A stretch of DNA of 63,989 nt, filler included, from Phoronis australis (GCA_002633005.1; 6 parts of 6 records of this genome joined end to end with filler, not necessarily neighbours in it), one strand, 5' to 3'. Positions 12,525 to 26,463 are shown, counted from the first letter of the whole stretch. Notes: a model not told the origin generated them from the letters alone. Made by a program: numbers and translations.

Positions 12525-14784
12525 AGATAACCATACTCTAAGGCACTCCCGTAGGAGTGTTTGACTGGGCTGCACTGGTAAATTGCTGAATATTTGGCTC
12601 ACCCATGTGTTCTCTCATTTGGGTATTTTGCTCCAGGTTCAGGTCACTGGGTGGGTATTTTGCCCTTGCAGCCATCGCGTTTGGTGGGTATTTTGGTTTT
12701 CTGGTATTGTCTAGTATTTGTCATTGGGGAAGGGAAGTGGGGTGATCTTAGTCAGTGTGCCAGTTTGTGAAGTACTGTATGGAATTGGATGGATTTTGGA
12801 TATGGCACCCTCCTGTGCATTGATTGGAAAATGAACCTTCTCATCAGTTGTGCTGAACATGATTCAGCTGCATATGTTTATAATTTATAACAACTCAGAC
12901 AGGAATCTATCTATCTTCGATAATTTAGTCACTTCCTAAACTATTAATGTATTGGGTTTCTTGGAAAGCTTTGAATCCCCAATGGTAAAACCGATAGTTG
13001 TGGGATTTGCTCCATCAACTTCACAAATTTGTTATGCACTTCTGTTTGTGTTTCTGGTGTCAGTTAAAATAACTCGTCTTTTAAAATTACTGAAATCTAG
13101 TCATAGTGTAAGCTTTAGTATTGATTATTTTTCATTGATGATTGAATCGTGTTAATTGATTTTTTATCAATACAGATGTTCCAATTGCCATGACTTTTTT
13201 CTTGTTAAAGGGGTTTTTCATAATTATGGTATTTTCAAAAGCATGCAAAACGTACACTGGAAAGTGGGTTAAGGGTAAATATACGCTTTTTGGAAAATGG
13301 TATGGGATGTCTGGTGAACTGGGAGAGATTATGGGATGTATGATGAACTGGGAGAGATTAATAATCAACATTCTGGAACTTTCCTTGAAAGAGGGTAAGA
13401 TATGCTAAAATTTCCATAACATAGCGAAAAATACATAGCCGGAGATAGGCGCATGAACCTGATACACAGCCAAACGTATCAATTTAATGAGTAGGTCGGG
13501 GGAACATGAGACGGGCGAACGTAGGCTGTTGGTATATAGGGACAGGGGAACAGCGGGTCGACCCAGCCTTTTCCTTTTTTACCTTGCGAATACTCACCTT
13601 ACGTAACCTTGAACTCAAACAAATTAGTCAGTTGTCCGAGTGGTATCTCGCGTTGTTACATCAGTGTGTTCTGCTTCAATACTGAATGATGCAAAGGACG
13701 CAGTAAGCATATATACTGTATACCCACGTGGTGTAACTGAACGAAAGGGTGTGGAGCACAGGAACAGAATTTGTGAAACATTTCTGAATATGCCACATGC
13801 GCTCACCCATATGCGTGACTTTTCACCGCTCGCCCGGCCTTCTGAGCGGCTTTTAGCGGGATCAAGAGAGCGCGGCGCCAGAGTCGGACTCAGTTGCGAT
13901 GACCGCATTGTCCGGTGCGAACAAGATCCAATTAAGTGTAAATACCGGCCCATAAGCTATAGTAAACATATTTGCTTGTACATACTGGCGAATTTTCAAA
14001 ATGCATGAACCAACAGTTTTCGTTAAAACCAAATACCACAGCTGTATTCAGATGGAAAAAAACAACCAAGATTGGTTTTCAATTTTTAAAAATCGACTGA
14101 ACTATTAAGCTAAAAACTACAAACATTGTGTACGATTTAAGATAAACGACTGTACTTGGTGATTTACAAACGCTGATCAGAGTTATCAATACCACCTAAA
14201 TTATTCTTTTAATATACAACTAAGCTGCATTGAAACATCTATAAACAACACACTAAATTAGATGTCAATAACTTTTAACACATCGCTTATAGCTCAGTGT
14301 ACGCCGAACTACTCCAGCTAGTAAGTACACTAACCGGAAAACTGCTATTAGCGGAAATGCGCCAACTTTGATAGTTAGCTTGTAGTTGTAATCTAAATGG
14401 AACACCTGTGAAGAAAACTAAGATGGCTACATGTAGCTTTGTAGTCACCGAGAGAGTGCAAGCAATGGATGAGGGTGATCGGTGGCGGCAAGAGATGTGA
14501 TTTCATTTTTTATGACTCAGAAAAAGCTAGAATAGTTATGTAGTTACTGCAACCAAAATTGTCCAGAGGTTCCAAATCTTCAGTTAGGCTACCACCATAT
14601 TTGCATTTTTGTGTATATTTTATGATTTGAGTTCTAATAAAAATTGAACTTGAACTAATGACACGTGCAGTTTTTTTGCTGTGACATGTTTAATGTAGCT
14701 GTAATCTGAAAAATTCAGGGATGTGTTCGCAATTAACTGCATGACTTCTAAGTTGTTTTCAGTGCCGGGATACTTCGCTAACAC

Positions 14785-15160
14785 AACTAAATAAAAAGAT
14801 AGAAACCCTAACCCGTAAGAAAAAAACAAGCAGACAGGAGTAAAATTAAATTAAAGTAATGAAAACAGGTATGAAACATATTTAAAACCAACGTTCCTTT
14901 GGGAAGTGGCCGTTTGCCAATATCAACGCAAATTAACTTTTTAGTCTTCTTGTTAGATTTAAAATCTACTAATTTAAAACTGCTCTCCACATTGCAGACT
15001 TTAAATCTGTGCAAATGGGAGAGAAAAACAATCACTGGGTGTAAGAACGACCACCATTGTTAAAAAAGTAGTGCTAGCTATTACCGTTAATTAGCTCAGA
15101 TCTACATCAATACAAAGGGCGAGGCCGCGGTGACCAGTGTGAGCGAGAAATTCTCCACAT
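14785..15160 (+). repeat. Dispersed repeat, related to 30090-30510
   Basis: Collinear shared blocks, e.g. ATTAGCTCA.ATCTAC.TCA.TACAAAGGGCG and GTGACCAGTGT.AGCGAGAAATTCTCCACATGA. Confidence 0.65.
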
Positions 15161-18100
15161 GATCGGAGTTCCGTTTACACTTCCTTTTTTCGTAACAAAG
15201 GCCCGGGCGTTTATTTGGTGTTACTGAAACGCCTGATGATTTTCATTTTCCAAATACACGCCCATGGGCTTATATACATAAAATCCTGGTACCGATTAGT
15301 CATAATGTCGTCGTCATGGTCATTGAAATTATAATTAAGTTGTAGACGGAGACTTTTACAATCATCGTCGCCTCTCCTTTTAGGGTTGATCGACATTCGG
15401 AGGACAAAAATTTCGTAATTCAAATCGAGAGATTCAGAAAATAAGTTTTAATTATTCATTTTTTGACAATCTTGAAGAAGAAACGTTCGTTGTTTTCTCT
15501 TATTATTAAACCCGTTACGGACGTCTTGCTAAATGATTCACCACTGCGAGCGTCCCGGCAAAAGCCACTTCAAAATACATGTGTACTGTGCTGGGCCTAC
15601 CACTACGTAGGTTGCAATATGTTTTTATTTAGCAAGACGCTGTGACGTCCACTGGAATTGGCTTTTTTGCCAATGAACTTGAACAGACCGTGTACGACAT
15701 TGTCGTTCGTCCGGCCAGTAGTAGTGGACATCAACGTGTCTCCCTGGCACAAGTCATCCTCTGGGTCATGTGACATCATCATCCGGGATACAAAGGGGGT
15801 GGATTTACGATCATGGAGGAAAGCTCGTGAGCACGTCGGGGTCAGAAACATTGCGGAAAGTCACGATATTCCATTCATGGTGATCTGAATGTTCATGTTG
15901 GAAGCATTAGTAAGTGTTTTACTAGGAAATTAGTTATTAATGAAGCCATTGCTGAGTGATCTTGTTGCGTCTTCGGCCTCTCACGTGTTGACCCGGGTCC
16001 GGGATCAAGTCACTGACTGACACAGTCAACACAAACATAAACATTGACAAGGCGTCTCCTCTGACACTTCACTTCGGTAACTAATCTGCTAACACACAAT
16101 CCACCGTTCATGGGCTTCGCTTCATTAAAAGTTATACATTTTTAATCATGTCAAGGAATTTGTTCAGGAATGACTGAAGATTTTCAAAGTCCCAGGCCAA
16201 GCTCTGTGCTGCGCTGACCTTTCGGCTTCTGTTGGTTATGTAACTTAATGAACATAAGCCTTGATGCAAAAGTGTATAAATATGTATATATACTTATACA
16301 TATATTTGACGCTTAGTCTTAGTATATCTAACCTGTTGGCCTATTTTTGTGATATAGCCAAGGGGCTGGGTTACGCTTTTGATAAAATTCTGTGGCAGCT
16401 GAGTCCCCTCTAGAGTGACAGGCTGTCACTCTAGAGTTAAATAAGTTAATGCAAACATTAATGGTATATTCGAGAAAGTTTCAGTGAATTATGCTTATAG
16501 CTTGACAGGTACCCCATTGGCATGGCTGGCAGACATGTGACTTCCCCATTATAACCCATTGTATATTGATGTTCAGTCTCCAATTTTGTTGATGAATGAA
16601 GGATAATTTGAAAAAGGTTCATTGCAGGAGTATTAGTTTGAGTTGGAAGGATTTGAAACCTTCAGTTGCCTCCAAATGTGTCCATCTATACATCTTAAAA
16701 GTGCATAACATAACTTTGATAGCTTATAGCCAGGGTTGAGCATAATTTGCAAAAAATCCTTCGAGCGTACAGGTTACATTGAGGTGTATCCTCGTCTAAA
16801 TCCAGACTAAACTATCCGTTACTATGTGTACCTTTCAAGTAAAGATGAACAACTTGTGGGACAGTTCGTTAGCATATTTAAATCTTTCCAGGTCGAACAA
16901 ATACTCTACTCTCGCATATTCTGAATAGCCCTTCGTTACCTCGATGAAATTGAAGACTGAACACCATTACAGATCCTGGGTTGCACACAATCTTGACAAC
17001 CAAAAAAGCACAACCTGCAACTCGTTGTGCCAAGCTCTGAATAGGATTCCTACTTTTATTTGAAAAATGCTTGAAGTTCAGTTTGAAGAATTTTCGTATA
17101 TTCATTGCAGGATGCTATAACTTAATGAATATATATTGGAGTTCATAAGTTACAAATATATTTCCGAGTTGTATTTTAGTTAGCTCACTCTAACTCAGTC
17201 TTACTAAATTCCTCTTTTCTATGGAGAACGCAGATGCTGGGCAAGCCAGGGAGCGCCTGTTTCATGGTCCAATCTCGCCCAAACTTTGCGGAACGATGCA
17301 AACTTCCATCTATTTACTTCCTGTTGATATGGAAGCACATGTTTGATCCATTCCTGCTGCTGATGTTGGAATTGGTTGTAAGAATGTACACAGAAGCCAG
17401 TCCCTGAAAATGTCGACTCTTAATTAATACCTCTTTGTTCTCATCATTGAAGACCAAGCAAGCCTGCTTAATGTCTGTTTTCATATTGTAATGAGTTTGA
17501 AAAAATACATATGTGGGGGAATTCCCCTCTTGTGACTACTGGCACTCGATAAAATTTTTACTAATTTTAAATCAAAGCAAATTGTTTCTGCGGGGACATA
17601 TGTGACAATGAAACTTGCGATAACTTCCAGCAACAACTACAAAAATACTGGATGAATGCCTCAAATAGCCAAAATTAATGTTTAAGTTATTTCCCAACCT
17701 TGGGTCAAAGGTTTAATCATTGGAGGGGAATTGTTGCAGGGATACGGGGCTGATATTTGACAACAAGGTTTAGAAATTGAAGGCCCTGGATTATTACATG
17801 AGGAACTGAAGATGTCATTAGAGAGGAACAACAAACATGTCAGTAAATGTTAAAAGTGTTACTTCAGGTCCCTCTCTTATTTTCAAGAAGCACTTCTATC
17901 TCATAGTTGCTCTCTGTCTGTAGCAATGAGGCTTTCTCTGTAATTGCCCAGAAAGCATTACCTTATATGTCAACCTTACCTAGAACTGTAGATTAGGTAT
18001 TTCCTTCAGTAAACACAAAGCAATTCTCTGATACTCAGTAGTGTCTCATCAGGTGCACAGTTTGCCACATTAGAGATTTAGAGTGTTGTGTGTGAATTAT

Positions 18101-19238
18101 CTGTGGACTTCCTTCGAAACCCTGAAGCTGAGTTGCAAAGTTTTAAAAAAATTTCATAGATTTGCTTGTGGGCTCAAACAGGTACGTGTGGACATTATCA
18201 AAGTCTGTTGTCAATTGGTTGTACCCTTATCGGACTCTTACCAGGACGTTGATTGACAGGTGAAGCAGCTAATGTAATCAGGTGGTGCACACAATAATCT
18301 GCACATCCAACTGTTTAAAGTACGCATGCACCTGTGGCCAACACTCTCATTTGCGGCACTCATTAGATGCATATAGATTTAATGTTAACAAGAACATTGT
18401 AAATAGCTTACTGAAAATCAAGCAATATTTCAATTTTCCATTACTCAATTAAAAATGATATTTTCCTCCTAGTAATAGAGGAATTTTGCAGATGGGATAG
18501 CAATCACGTTTTAAATTGGGCTTGTCGCTTGTCTGGTCTCCACTAAATGCAAGCCTGGGATTTTGTCTATGGTTCTGTTGTCACTTCTCAAATGCTTTAT
18601 TGGATGGTTGTCTGCAGCTCATAAACATTCTGTGAACTCACAGTTGGTCATGTTGGTGATTAATGTGTTAAACAATATTGGAAGTAACACTTCTCTTTGA
18701 ATGCACAAGTGTGTGGGTCCATTACAGTGGTGCTTTAACTTTGATGCAAGTAGGACTTAGGAGCGCTTACTGTCGTACAAAAACAAAAGGCGTAAACTCA
18801 GCTCAGAATGCATCATGGTAATACGCTGATGAGCAAATCTTGCGCAACAGATTCTCGAGGCCTGCGCCATCCAATCACACTGCAGTCAGCACGTGAAACA
18901 CAAATTACTTGCAGTTATACAAGTTATGTGTGATGTCAATGGATGTTTACAAGCCGGCAACCATCCCACGTTTGAAAAACGACAGAGGTGCCATAGACGA
19001 TGTCCTCTGAATCACATGGTCTTCTTTTGGTCAGGAGAACTGTTCACGGGCTTTTCGCATTTGAACACGCATATTTTTGTGGAATTGTCAAGGTTTAATA
19101 ATTACGGTTTCTTTTTGTGAGAATTGAGGGATCATAATCTGCCATTCGTCGGGCTTTTTGCTGGTTGTTAGAGATGTGTGGCGATTGTACCTACTAGTAT
19201 GTTTCCACTTCAGTTGTGAAGGCCAAAAGTCAGTAACC

Positions 19239-19356
19239 ATGACAACAGTGAGTGAAGATCAAGAAACAGTTGTTGCTCCACAGGAGGCGCTGCCTGCGTC
19301 ACCAACAACACCGACATCTCCTATCAAAAAGGAGGAGAAGAAGAAGACAAAGAAGG
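19239..19356 (+). CDS. Dab: Disabled (Dab) homolog, first coding exon
   Basis: Acceptor ccacttcag at 19213, ATG at 19239. Encodes MTTVSEDQE..SPTTPTSPIKKEEKKKTKK; phase-1 donor G|GTGAGT matches the next exon. The basic stretch before the PTB resembles DAB1/2. Confidence 0.8.
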
Positions 19357-21744
19357 GTGAGTATTTATGACCATCCTTGTTGAATGGGTCAGTTGGACTA
19401 ATTACCTATGACCCATGTGTTATGTCTGTTTTTAATTAAGTGTAGTGTCTGTTCATAGACACACACCACAGGTCACCAATGAGTGAGTTACAGCCCTGGG
19501 CTTTGAAGCTGTGAAGCCATGTTTTCAATTAAGTTTATGACCCATCTATTTACAGTTCTCATTGGGTTTTGTCTGGCAGTGCACACTCGACTGGTCTTGT
19601 CACTTTACTTCAAAGTCAAAAGTTACGAGTCATGTCACTTGGAAAGCACTATATTTCAGTGAGGTCACAAAGTGTATTCTGACTTGTATTTTTGTCTCTT
19701 TCACGGGCACTGAAAACTGTGCCAGACTAAGAAGTGAGAAAGGAAGTGGCTGAAAGCACAAAATTGAGTTTTCAGTATAAAACTTTCCTGCTATAATGCT
19801 TAACATGAGCTTACGGCAGTCAAAGGGTCCAACAATCTGAAAAATGAAATGTCTGTTACATTCGGCAGTTTCTGTTTTGAAATAAGCGTGATTTTACTGT
19901 TAAGTTAAGGAAATTTAATTTGGAAACTGTACACAACCTGGTACTGTCAACTGCAGAGGAAAGGTTAAGTTGCAGCAGTGGTGTTCTGTACCAGCTGGTG
20001 ATGACATGATTAATCCTGGAGTCACTTGGACTTTGGCTGTTAGTCTGGGTGATGTCATGGTGACCTCTGGTGTGCACCCAAACTGATAGTGCTGGGCGAA
20101 ACTGATAGAGCTGGCCAGGGCGTGAACAAGCAATCACTGCTATCTGATTTATTTCTATACCTCCACCAAATGACTCATAGGGGTTGTTTTTATTCATTAG
20201 TGTTTTGTGCCATGTGTTCCTTTGGTAAAGTTTTGTTTGTAACCTGATGTGTCCAACAGTCTTAATCCAACTATGAATAATAAAATTTAGGCAACTTTCA
20301 TGAGACACACAATAAATTGAACATTTCAAAGTTTGTCAGTGGTTGCGGTTTTCCACAAAATGACAGTTAGCTGGAGTTACAATCATGCCGTGAAGTCCCT
20401 GCCTTGTGCCACACAATACAATGCTCGACTGTCAATGGCAATATGTGTATCATGAAATTCACCTGATATTTGACACGCCAATCGCATGACATTACTAAGT
20501 GGGAATAGATGACACGTTAGAAGGTTTGTCTGTAGTGCACAACATCGTCATTACAACTTCAATTCATTCTTTAGCCATTGTCATCAAGCATATCATAGAC
20601 AGTGTGCAAATGTGCTTTGGAGTTGTAGTCCAATGTTGAGGCCTGCATTTCTGTCCTTAGTGCCATCCATACACAGAACAAGTTGTTATAGGATAACTTG
20701 AGCCACTTCTAATTGACCTATCGCAAGCTCCGCTTCCTTGCGTAATGTCGATTAACAAACAATAAGTTTTACCCAGCTACGGGTTGTTTGTCGGGTAAAA
20801 TGGCGGCTTGGAAACAAAGGTGTGTCAAGAATGATGAGTACTAAATGATCAGTTAAGCCGTCACTCAAAATGCTGACGATAGGTCAATTCCTGTGTGCCT
20901 GCAAACCTGGGGCAAGGTGGACGTAATTATGAGCTGTGGTTATGCGTGCAGACAGGTTTTCGTACTCACATGTGGTTTTCATTGCCGCGCTCTGAGCGAC
21001 AACTTCCGCCTTGCCCTAGTTATTGGAAATGTGTGTGTGGACGCACCATTCAAAAAGTGGGGGAAAGTCGCACTAGTGCCTAGTTGTTCCAGGTGTTGAC
21101 AGTGGTCTGTGAGACTGTGACACTAACTTGTGCCTCTGTTGACGCAGTCTTAACCTGAACATGTAAAGGGGAGGGAGTGTGGCATTAATGTATTGAGAGT
21201 ATCAGTTGTTAGGGAACTAGAGCTTAGCATTGTTAAGGCTTAGTTCTCAACAAATAAATGTTAATTTTGGTTTCATCTAATTATTATTATTATTATTATT
21301 ATTTTGAAGATACACTTGCCTTTACATGCACAAATTTTGAACTTTGCGTTAATTTCGTCGGTCGAAAGATATCACAAAAGTATTTTCTTACAACCATGTT
21401 TGTGCTTGCCTCATTTTACTGTTAATTTCTTAATAATTTTTAAAAAGTGGGTGGGGTTTCCATGGAAACCTCATTACGTGTGGCAGCAGTTGAATGAGTG
21501 CCTGTACTGCATGAGTTGGGTGTCACTGACTAAAGTGGCGAATTTAGGTAGTGTTGGAGTTGCAAAAATAGAGATTATGCTAAAAATTTCATGCAGTTAA
21601 GTTGAAAATATTTGGAGTTGCATTGAATGGGCATTATTTGGACTTGAGTTTCATCTGAGCTGATTTGCGTTGGAATCCATTTACTGAAGTTTTTTTACAA
21701 AAATGAAGCAGAAATTTTTTAAACTATTTATTGTTTACTTACAG

Positions 21745-21959
21745 ATAAAGGTGGAGTGAACAAATTTGCTGGCCAAGGAGTTTCATTTCGTGGTAAACTC
21801 ATCGGCATTTGTGATGTGCCTGAGGCGAGGGGTGACATTATGTGCCAACAATCAATGCAAAAACTGAAGGAGGGCGTGAAACAGATGGGTGCTCACAAAC
21901 AAAAGATTGTTATCAATGTGTCGCTAGTTGGCCTGCAGATTGTGGACGTCAACTCAATG
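21745..21959 (+). CDS. Dab: Dab PTB domain exon
   Basis: KFAGQGVSFRGKLIGICDVPEARGDIMCQQSMQKLK..HKQKIVINVSLVGLQIVD, which resembles DAB1/2 RFKGDGVxYKAKLIGIDxVxxARGDKxCQDSMMKLK. Confidence 0.95.
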
Positions 21960-22555
21960 GTATGTGCTTTACCACACATGGAGATGGGCTCATTTAGTAA
22001 TCTTATGTACAGTTCTGCTAGGTGGTGCTAGTGAATAAAAGATTTTTAGGTGGAGAGCAGAAAATAGTTCATCATTATGCACGGCCCTTAGCCCTTGAAA
22101 TTGGTGCTGAACATCAACCCTATTCCCCTCAATAATATGTAAAAATCATAAAAAACAGTGCAACACAAAAAATCCCCTCTAAGTAAAAAACCTTGCAAAA
22201 ATTCCCCTCTCAGTGAAGAATGCCTTGGAAAATTCCTCAAGTAGAAGGTACAGACACCTGTCTCCTCAGGTGAGTGAGGGTCCAGGTATGTGTACATCTA
22301 GGAGCTTCGTGTCTCCTGTGACTACTCAAGTACATTTCATTTATACAAGCAGGACTGGTGTCTCACTAGCGCCACCTTTTGAATTTCAAGTCACCCATTA
22401 TTCTAGTAGTTTTTCTGAAGAAACTTAAATTTTTACAGCATTAGAGTAGTTTTCTTTTAGGTAGTTTTTTATAAGGCGTGGCACTGTTAAGGTACATCTC
22501 AAGTTACATTGAAATTTACTTATAATAATTTGAAAAAGGCATGTATCCCTATGGT

Positions 22556-22908
22556 GCTATCCAACATGGCTCTGTGGCAGTGTTGTCATCACTAGGATCT
22601 GTATCCAACATGGCTCTGTGACAGTGTTGTCATCACCAGGGTCTGTATCCAACATGGCTCTGTGACAGTGTTGTCATCACCAGGGTCTGTATCCAACATG
22701 GCTCTGTGACAGTGTCGTCATCACTAGGATTTGTATCCAACATGGCTCTGTGACAGTGTTGTCATCACTAGGATTTGTATCCAGCATGGCTCTGTGGCAG
22801 TGTTGTCATCACTAGGGTCTGTATCCAACATGGCTCCATGACAGTGTTGTCATCACTATGTTCTGTATCCAACATGGCTCTGTGGCAGTGTTTTCTTCAC
22901 GGGGTCTG
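22556..22908 (+). repeat. 44-bp minisatellite x8 in a Dab intron
   Basis: Unit CTGTATCCAACATGGCTCTGTGACAGTGTTGTCATCACTAGGGT, 44-bp period from 22558 to 22866. Confidence 0.95.
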
Positions 22909-23657
22909 GCTGTTTATGTTCAGGAGTGAAGTGAGGTGTTCTTTACAAATATTCACCAACTTATTGATCCGCTAACAGTTATTCTCTCTGTTGGAACGAC
23001 ATGGAACAGAATCTTGAAATGTTTTGCCAGAAATCACAATGGATTCAAGCGCCGTCACGTCACAAATTATGTTGACGACTTGGATGTTCTAGTACAAATA
23101 TGTGTATTTGCAACTGCGGTCATATACAAAAGCTCTTGTCTTTGATTAGTGGTATTTTTGTGTGGCGTACATGACATTTTGCATTCAGCTGAACTGCCAG
23201 TCATTGCCAAAGATTATTAGTCATGAAGTGCTCTTAAGACGGCAATCAGGTGAGGATGGCATACAAAAAGCCGTACCAATTTTAGAGAAAAGGCTCTGCT
23301 AAGGTCGATCTTTCAAAGAGTTTGAACATTTTTTTTGTGATTTCCGATTATTCCTCAAAACATTGTCTCGTGGTGTCGGTTTATAGCTCCCTTGAACTTG
23401 TTTGGCATCTCACTGAAGTTTGGCACCTCACTGGAGCTGTCATTATTTATCACTGTCTTCTGCTACATGCATTATGGGTAATGTTGAGGTTGTGGGTTCA
23501 GTTTGAAATAGGATCCGTCTCTTTGAAAATCGTGTGTTAGCCATTGCACGATGCCTGTGTTGCGTGAAACTGGAGTCATTAATACAGTGAATTTTGTTGA
23601 TTGGTATTTAGAAATAATTACTCGTTTTCTTTCTCAGTTCTGTTTCTTCTGTCACAG

Positions 23658-23792
23658 GTACCCTGTCATCGTCACCCTGTCCATAGAATATCCTTCATAT
23701 CACGTGATGTCACTGACCAAAGAGCGTTTGGCTACATATTTGGCGACGCGGATGGCTCACACAAGTTTTTTGCTATAAAAACTGAAAAAGCT
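23658..23792 (+). CDS. Dab: Dab PTB domain exon
   Basis: HPVHRISFISRDVTDQRAFGYIFGDADGSHKFFAIKTEKA, which resembles DAB2 HPVNKISFIARDVTDNRAFGYV..HQFFAIKT. Phase 0-0 splice sites. Confidence 0.95.
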
Positions 23793-24532
23793 GTAAGAGT
23801 TTCGACTTATTTGTTTATTGATGTGCCATTGTGTATTTAGTTTGTACTGTGTTTCTGGGTGCCTGTTCTTTCCAAAATTGTCAACAGTGTGTCAAATTTT
23901 AGGCGGACGGTTTTGCGCATATTTAGTTGTGATCTTAATGAAGAGTTAGTTTTGGACTACTGCTGAAGATTATATAAACATGACTTTGGATTGGCCAAAA
24001 CCTTCAGTATTGTGGAAAATTTGTTCTAGGTCATTATCGTTAGTTTTCAGTAAACCCTTATTCACTGCTGCTGGTAGGTAGTGTGTGGACTCCTTAAAGC
24101 TACTTTGAACTGTAACTTGTGAATTTGGTTGCAGTGATATGCTTCGAGCATCACTCTGAGCATATCAGTGTCATAAATTGTCGACTGCAATAAAAGGTCA
24201 AGCTTATTGACTTACAGTTTGTCTACGACATCATTCAGACCCATAATCAACATCAACTACTTTTGGCCATTAGTGCTTTGTTCTGTATTTTCGCAGTGAC
24301 ACAAAGTGATGTTGGAAAGCTGCATGTTGTGTTACCTGGTGTACTTTCTGATATAATACTATGACTGGGTCTGCCTTGGTAGACCAGTGCATCTAAAATA
24401 ATCTTCCTTTATAGTCAATACTTGTGTTAGGTTGTAACCCCCCCCCCCCCGTTAATTACTGCTCGAAGTGTATAAACTCTGGTTCATTCCCTCAAGCATC
24501 GTGTAAATCTTGTTAATTCATTGTACCTTCAG

Positions 24533-24655
24533 GCTGAACAGTTGGTGCTAACCTTGCGAGACCTGTTCCAGTGTGTGTTTGAAATGAAGAAGCAAGAAAT
24601 GGAAGACGCCAAGCTTAAACAACAGCAGCAGTCAACAGAGGACGCCACCTACGAT
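24533..24655 (+). CDS. Dab: Dab exon (end of PTB plus first Tyr motif); gene incomplete downstream
   Basis: AEQLVLTLRDLFQCVFEMKKQEMEDAK..EDATYD; cttcag acceptor, GTACGC donor. Confidence 0.92.
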
Positions 24656-25640
24656 GTACGCATGTTATAGTCTCAGTTTGTGCTAAATGTGATTCAGGAT
24701 GAGTGATTTGCATCTACAGCCTAGGTCGTGAATTCTTGTCTGACTTATCGACAACTGGTTAGCAACTGGTCGTCGAGCTGACTTCAATCTAACAAGCAAC
24801 GTAGAAGCTGTTAGCTGGGTCCCCAATGCGGTCATCACATACATGGGAAGTCTGCGACAAGTAGAAAATCATTTCCTCATATTGAGGTGTATTTCTCAAA
24901 TTTTTGTCCACGCAATAAACCAGCTTCTCATTAATAATCAAGTTGATGAAAAAGAAAAGCACAACAGGATGTTTTTAAGTGGAATATTCAAGAATCTGTG
25001 TTGAAGTCAAAACTGCAGTCAACTGTGCAGTCTGCTGCCAGTCTGCTGCCAGTCTGCTAAAACTCAGCAGACAAGTCGGCTATTTTTTTACCAGTCACCA
25101 ACTCTTTTCTGACTTGTTGGATAGGAATTTGTGACCTGTGTTGTATGCATACAGCCAAACAGTTAAACAAAATAATCCTAAAATGCAGATTTGTCCATTA
25201 TAATCACTGTTAGCAGATTCGTGGTCTGCTTTAATGACCTGTCAACACATGTCATGAATGGGAAAACGTTACAGAAGTTTTGGCATGCTCTGTACATAGG
25301 ATGTTTATCTTCTCTCAGTAATTGGTCTGTTGGAAATCTTTGAAATTTTGCTTATGAACAGGAATGCCTTTATTGGTTTCATCGATATTATTTCAAGTTT
25401 TATTTCTTAAGCCTTTGTCTTGCATATCATAAACTTTGTCCTCATTGATGTTTTTCAACAAGTCAGATGATCATAGTGCTTAATCTCTACGTATTGAATG
25501 ATTCATTGGTTTTACACAACATTTTGAATGGCCTTATCTGACCTGCTTGGAAATGCTCGTTAGTAAGTCTTGTGATTTTTTCTGTTGTGTCGTTTGTTTT
25601 GTTTCATGTGTCATGTTGGTTATGGGTAATTTCAGGGCTN

Positions 25641-26174
25641 CTGAAAGTATGTTTATGGAGGCCTGAGTGGTTAAAGTGGACTCCGTCTGGGCGGTAGAGG
25701 TGGTTGGGGTTAGCCCAGAAATTTCCCTTGTGAATCCAAAAATAAATGTGGGCTGGTGGGACAGGAGGGATTTAAGGAACGAGTTGAAGGCGAGAAATCA
25801 ATAACGAAAGCGCCTCCCAGCGTGTAATCAGTGAAACGCCAGCCCTACTAAGACACGACGGACGTGTAGGCAATTAACAAAAAACGGGCGAAAGAAATGA
25901 GGTGTGAAGCCAAAGCATGGGGGTCGATGGAGGTGGAGTGGAGGTTATTCCCGCCAATCTAGAGAAAAACGAGGTCGGGAGGTGAACGAGTGGCCGGTTG
26001 GATGGACTTGGGGCTGGCGAGAAGGGTACCGCCCGAGATGCCCAGGGACGAAATGGTGACCCGGGAAGGGCGGAAGTCATAGTTGTGGAGGTAGCAGGAC
26101 TTGGGAAGGTCGGACATGAAGTTGTCCAGCCAACAAACGTAAGAACTGCCAAGGATGAGCACATGGGACGACAT
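25641..26174 (-). pseudogene. Degenerate SGNH/GDSL hydrolase ORF, probably retrotransposon-derived (DIRS/Ngaro-type or LINE ORF1 esterase)
   Basis: All four blocks are present in order: VLILGSSYV (I), LGISGGT (II), PDLVFL*IGGNNL (III) and PDGVHFNHSG (V). It has stops and frameshifts and no introns. Confidence 0.75.
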
Positions 26175-26363
26175 GAGGTAGAACGTGAGTGAAAACAGAG
26201 GGCTAAAATCAAAACCAAGGCTTACCTTGAAATGATGTAGGACGAGAGAAGTGAATTGGAAGAACGAAAAGTGATAGAACGTTGCAACTGAATGGAGTAA
26301 GGGGTCAAAGGTCAAAAAGAAAAAGAAAAATGTAGAAAAAATGCAGAGAACGAATGTAGGTCT

Positions 26364-26463
26364 NNNNNNNNNNNNNNNNNNNNNNNNNNNNNNNNNNNNN
26401 NNNNNNNTTAATTAATTAANNNNNNNNNNNNNNNNNNNNNNNNNNNNNNNNNNNNNNNNNNNN
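26364..26463. other. Assembly gap with TTAATTAATTAA linker (same at 29970-30069, 36123-36222, 38820-38919, 61000-61099; plain gap at 48155-48270)
   Basis: Identical 100-bp N44-TTAATTAATTAA-N44 blocks; an artificial all-frame-stop spacer. Confidence 0.97.

Noticed and set aside
13590-14008. Overlapping 109/122-aa ORFs in a CpG-rich patch with a minus-strand GTGAGT donor
   Set aside because: No recognisable protein motif or partner exon; could be a promoter or non-coding exon but is unsupported.
26408-26419. TTAATTAATTAA palindrome recurring five times
   Set aside because: Always centred in identical 100-bp N blocks; an artificial scaffolding linker.
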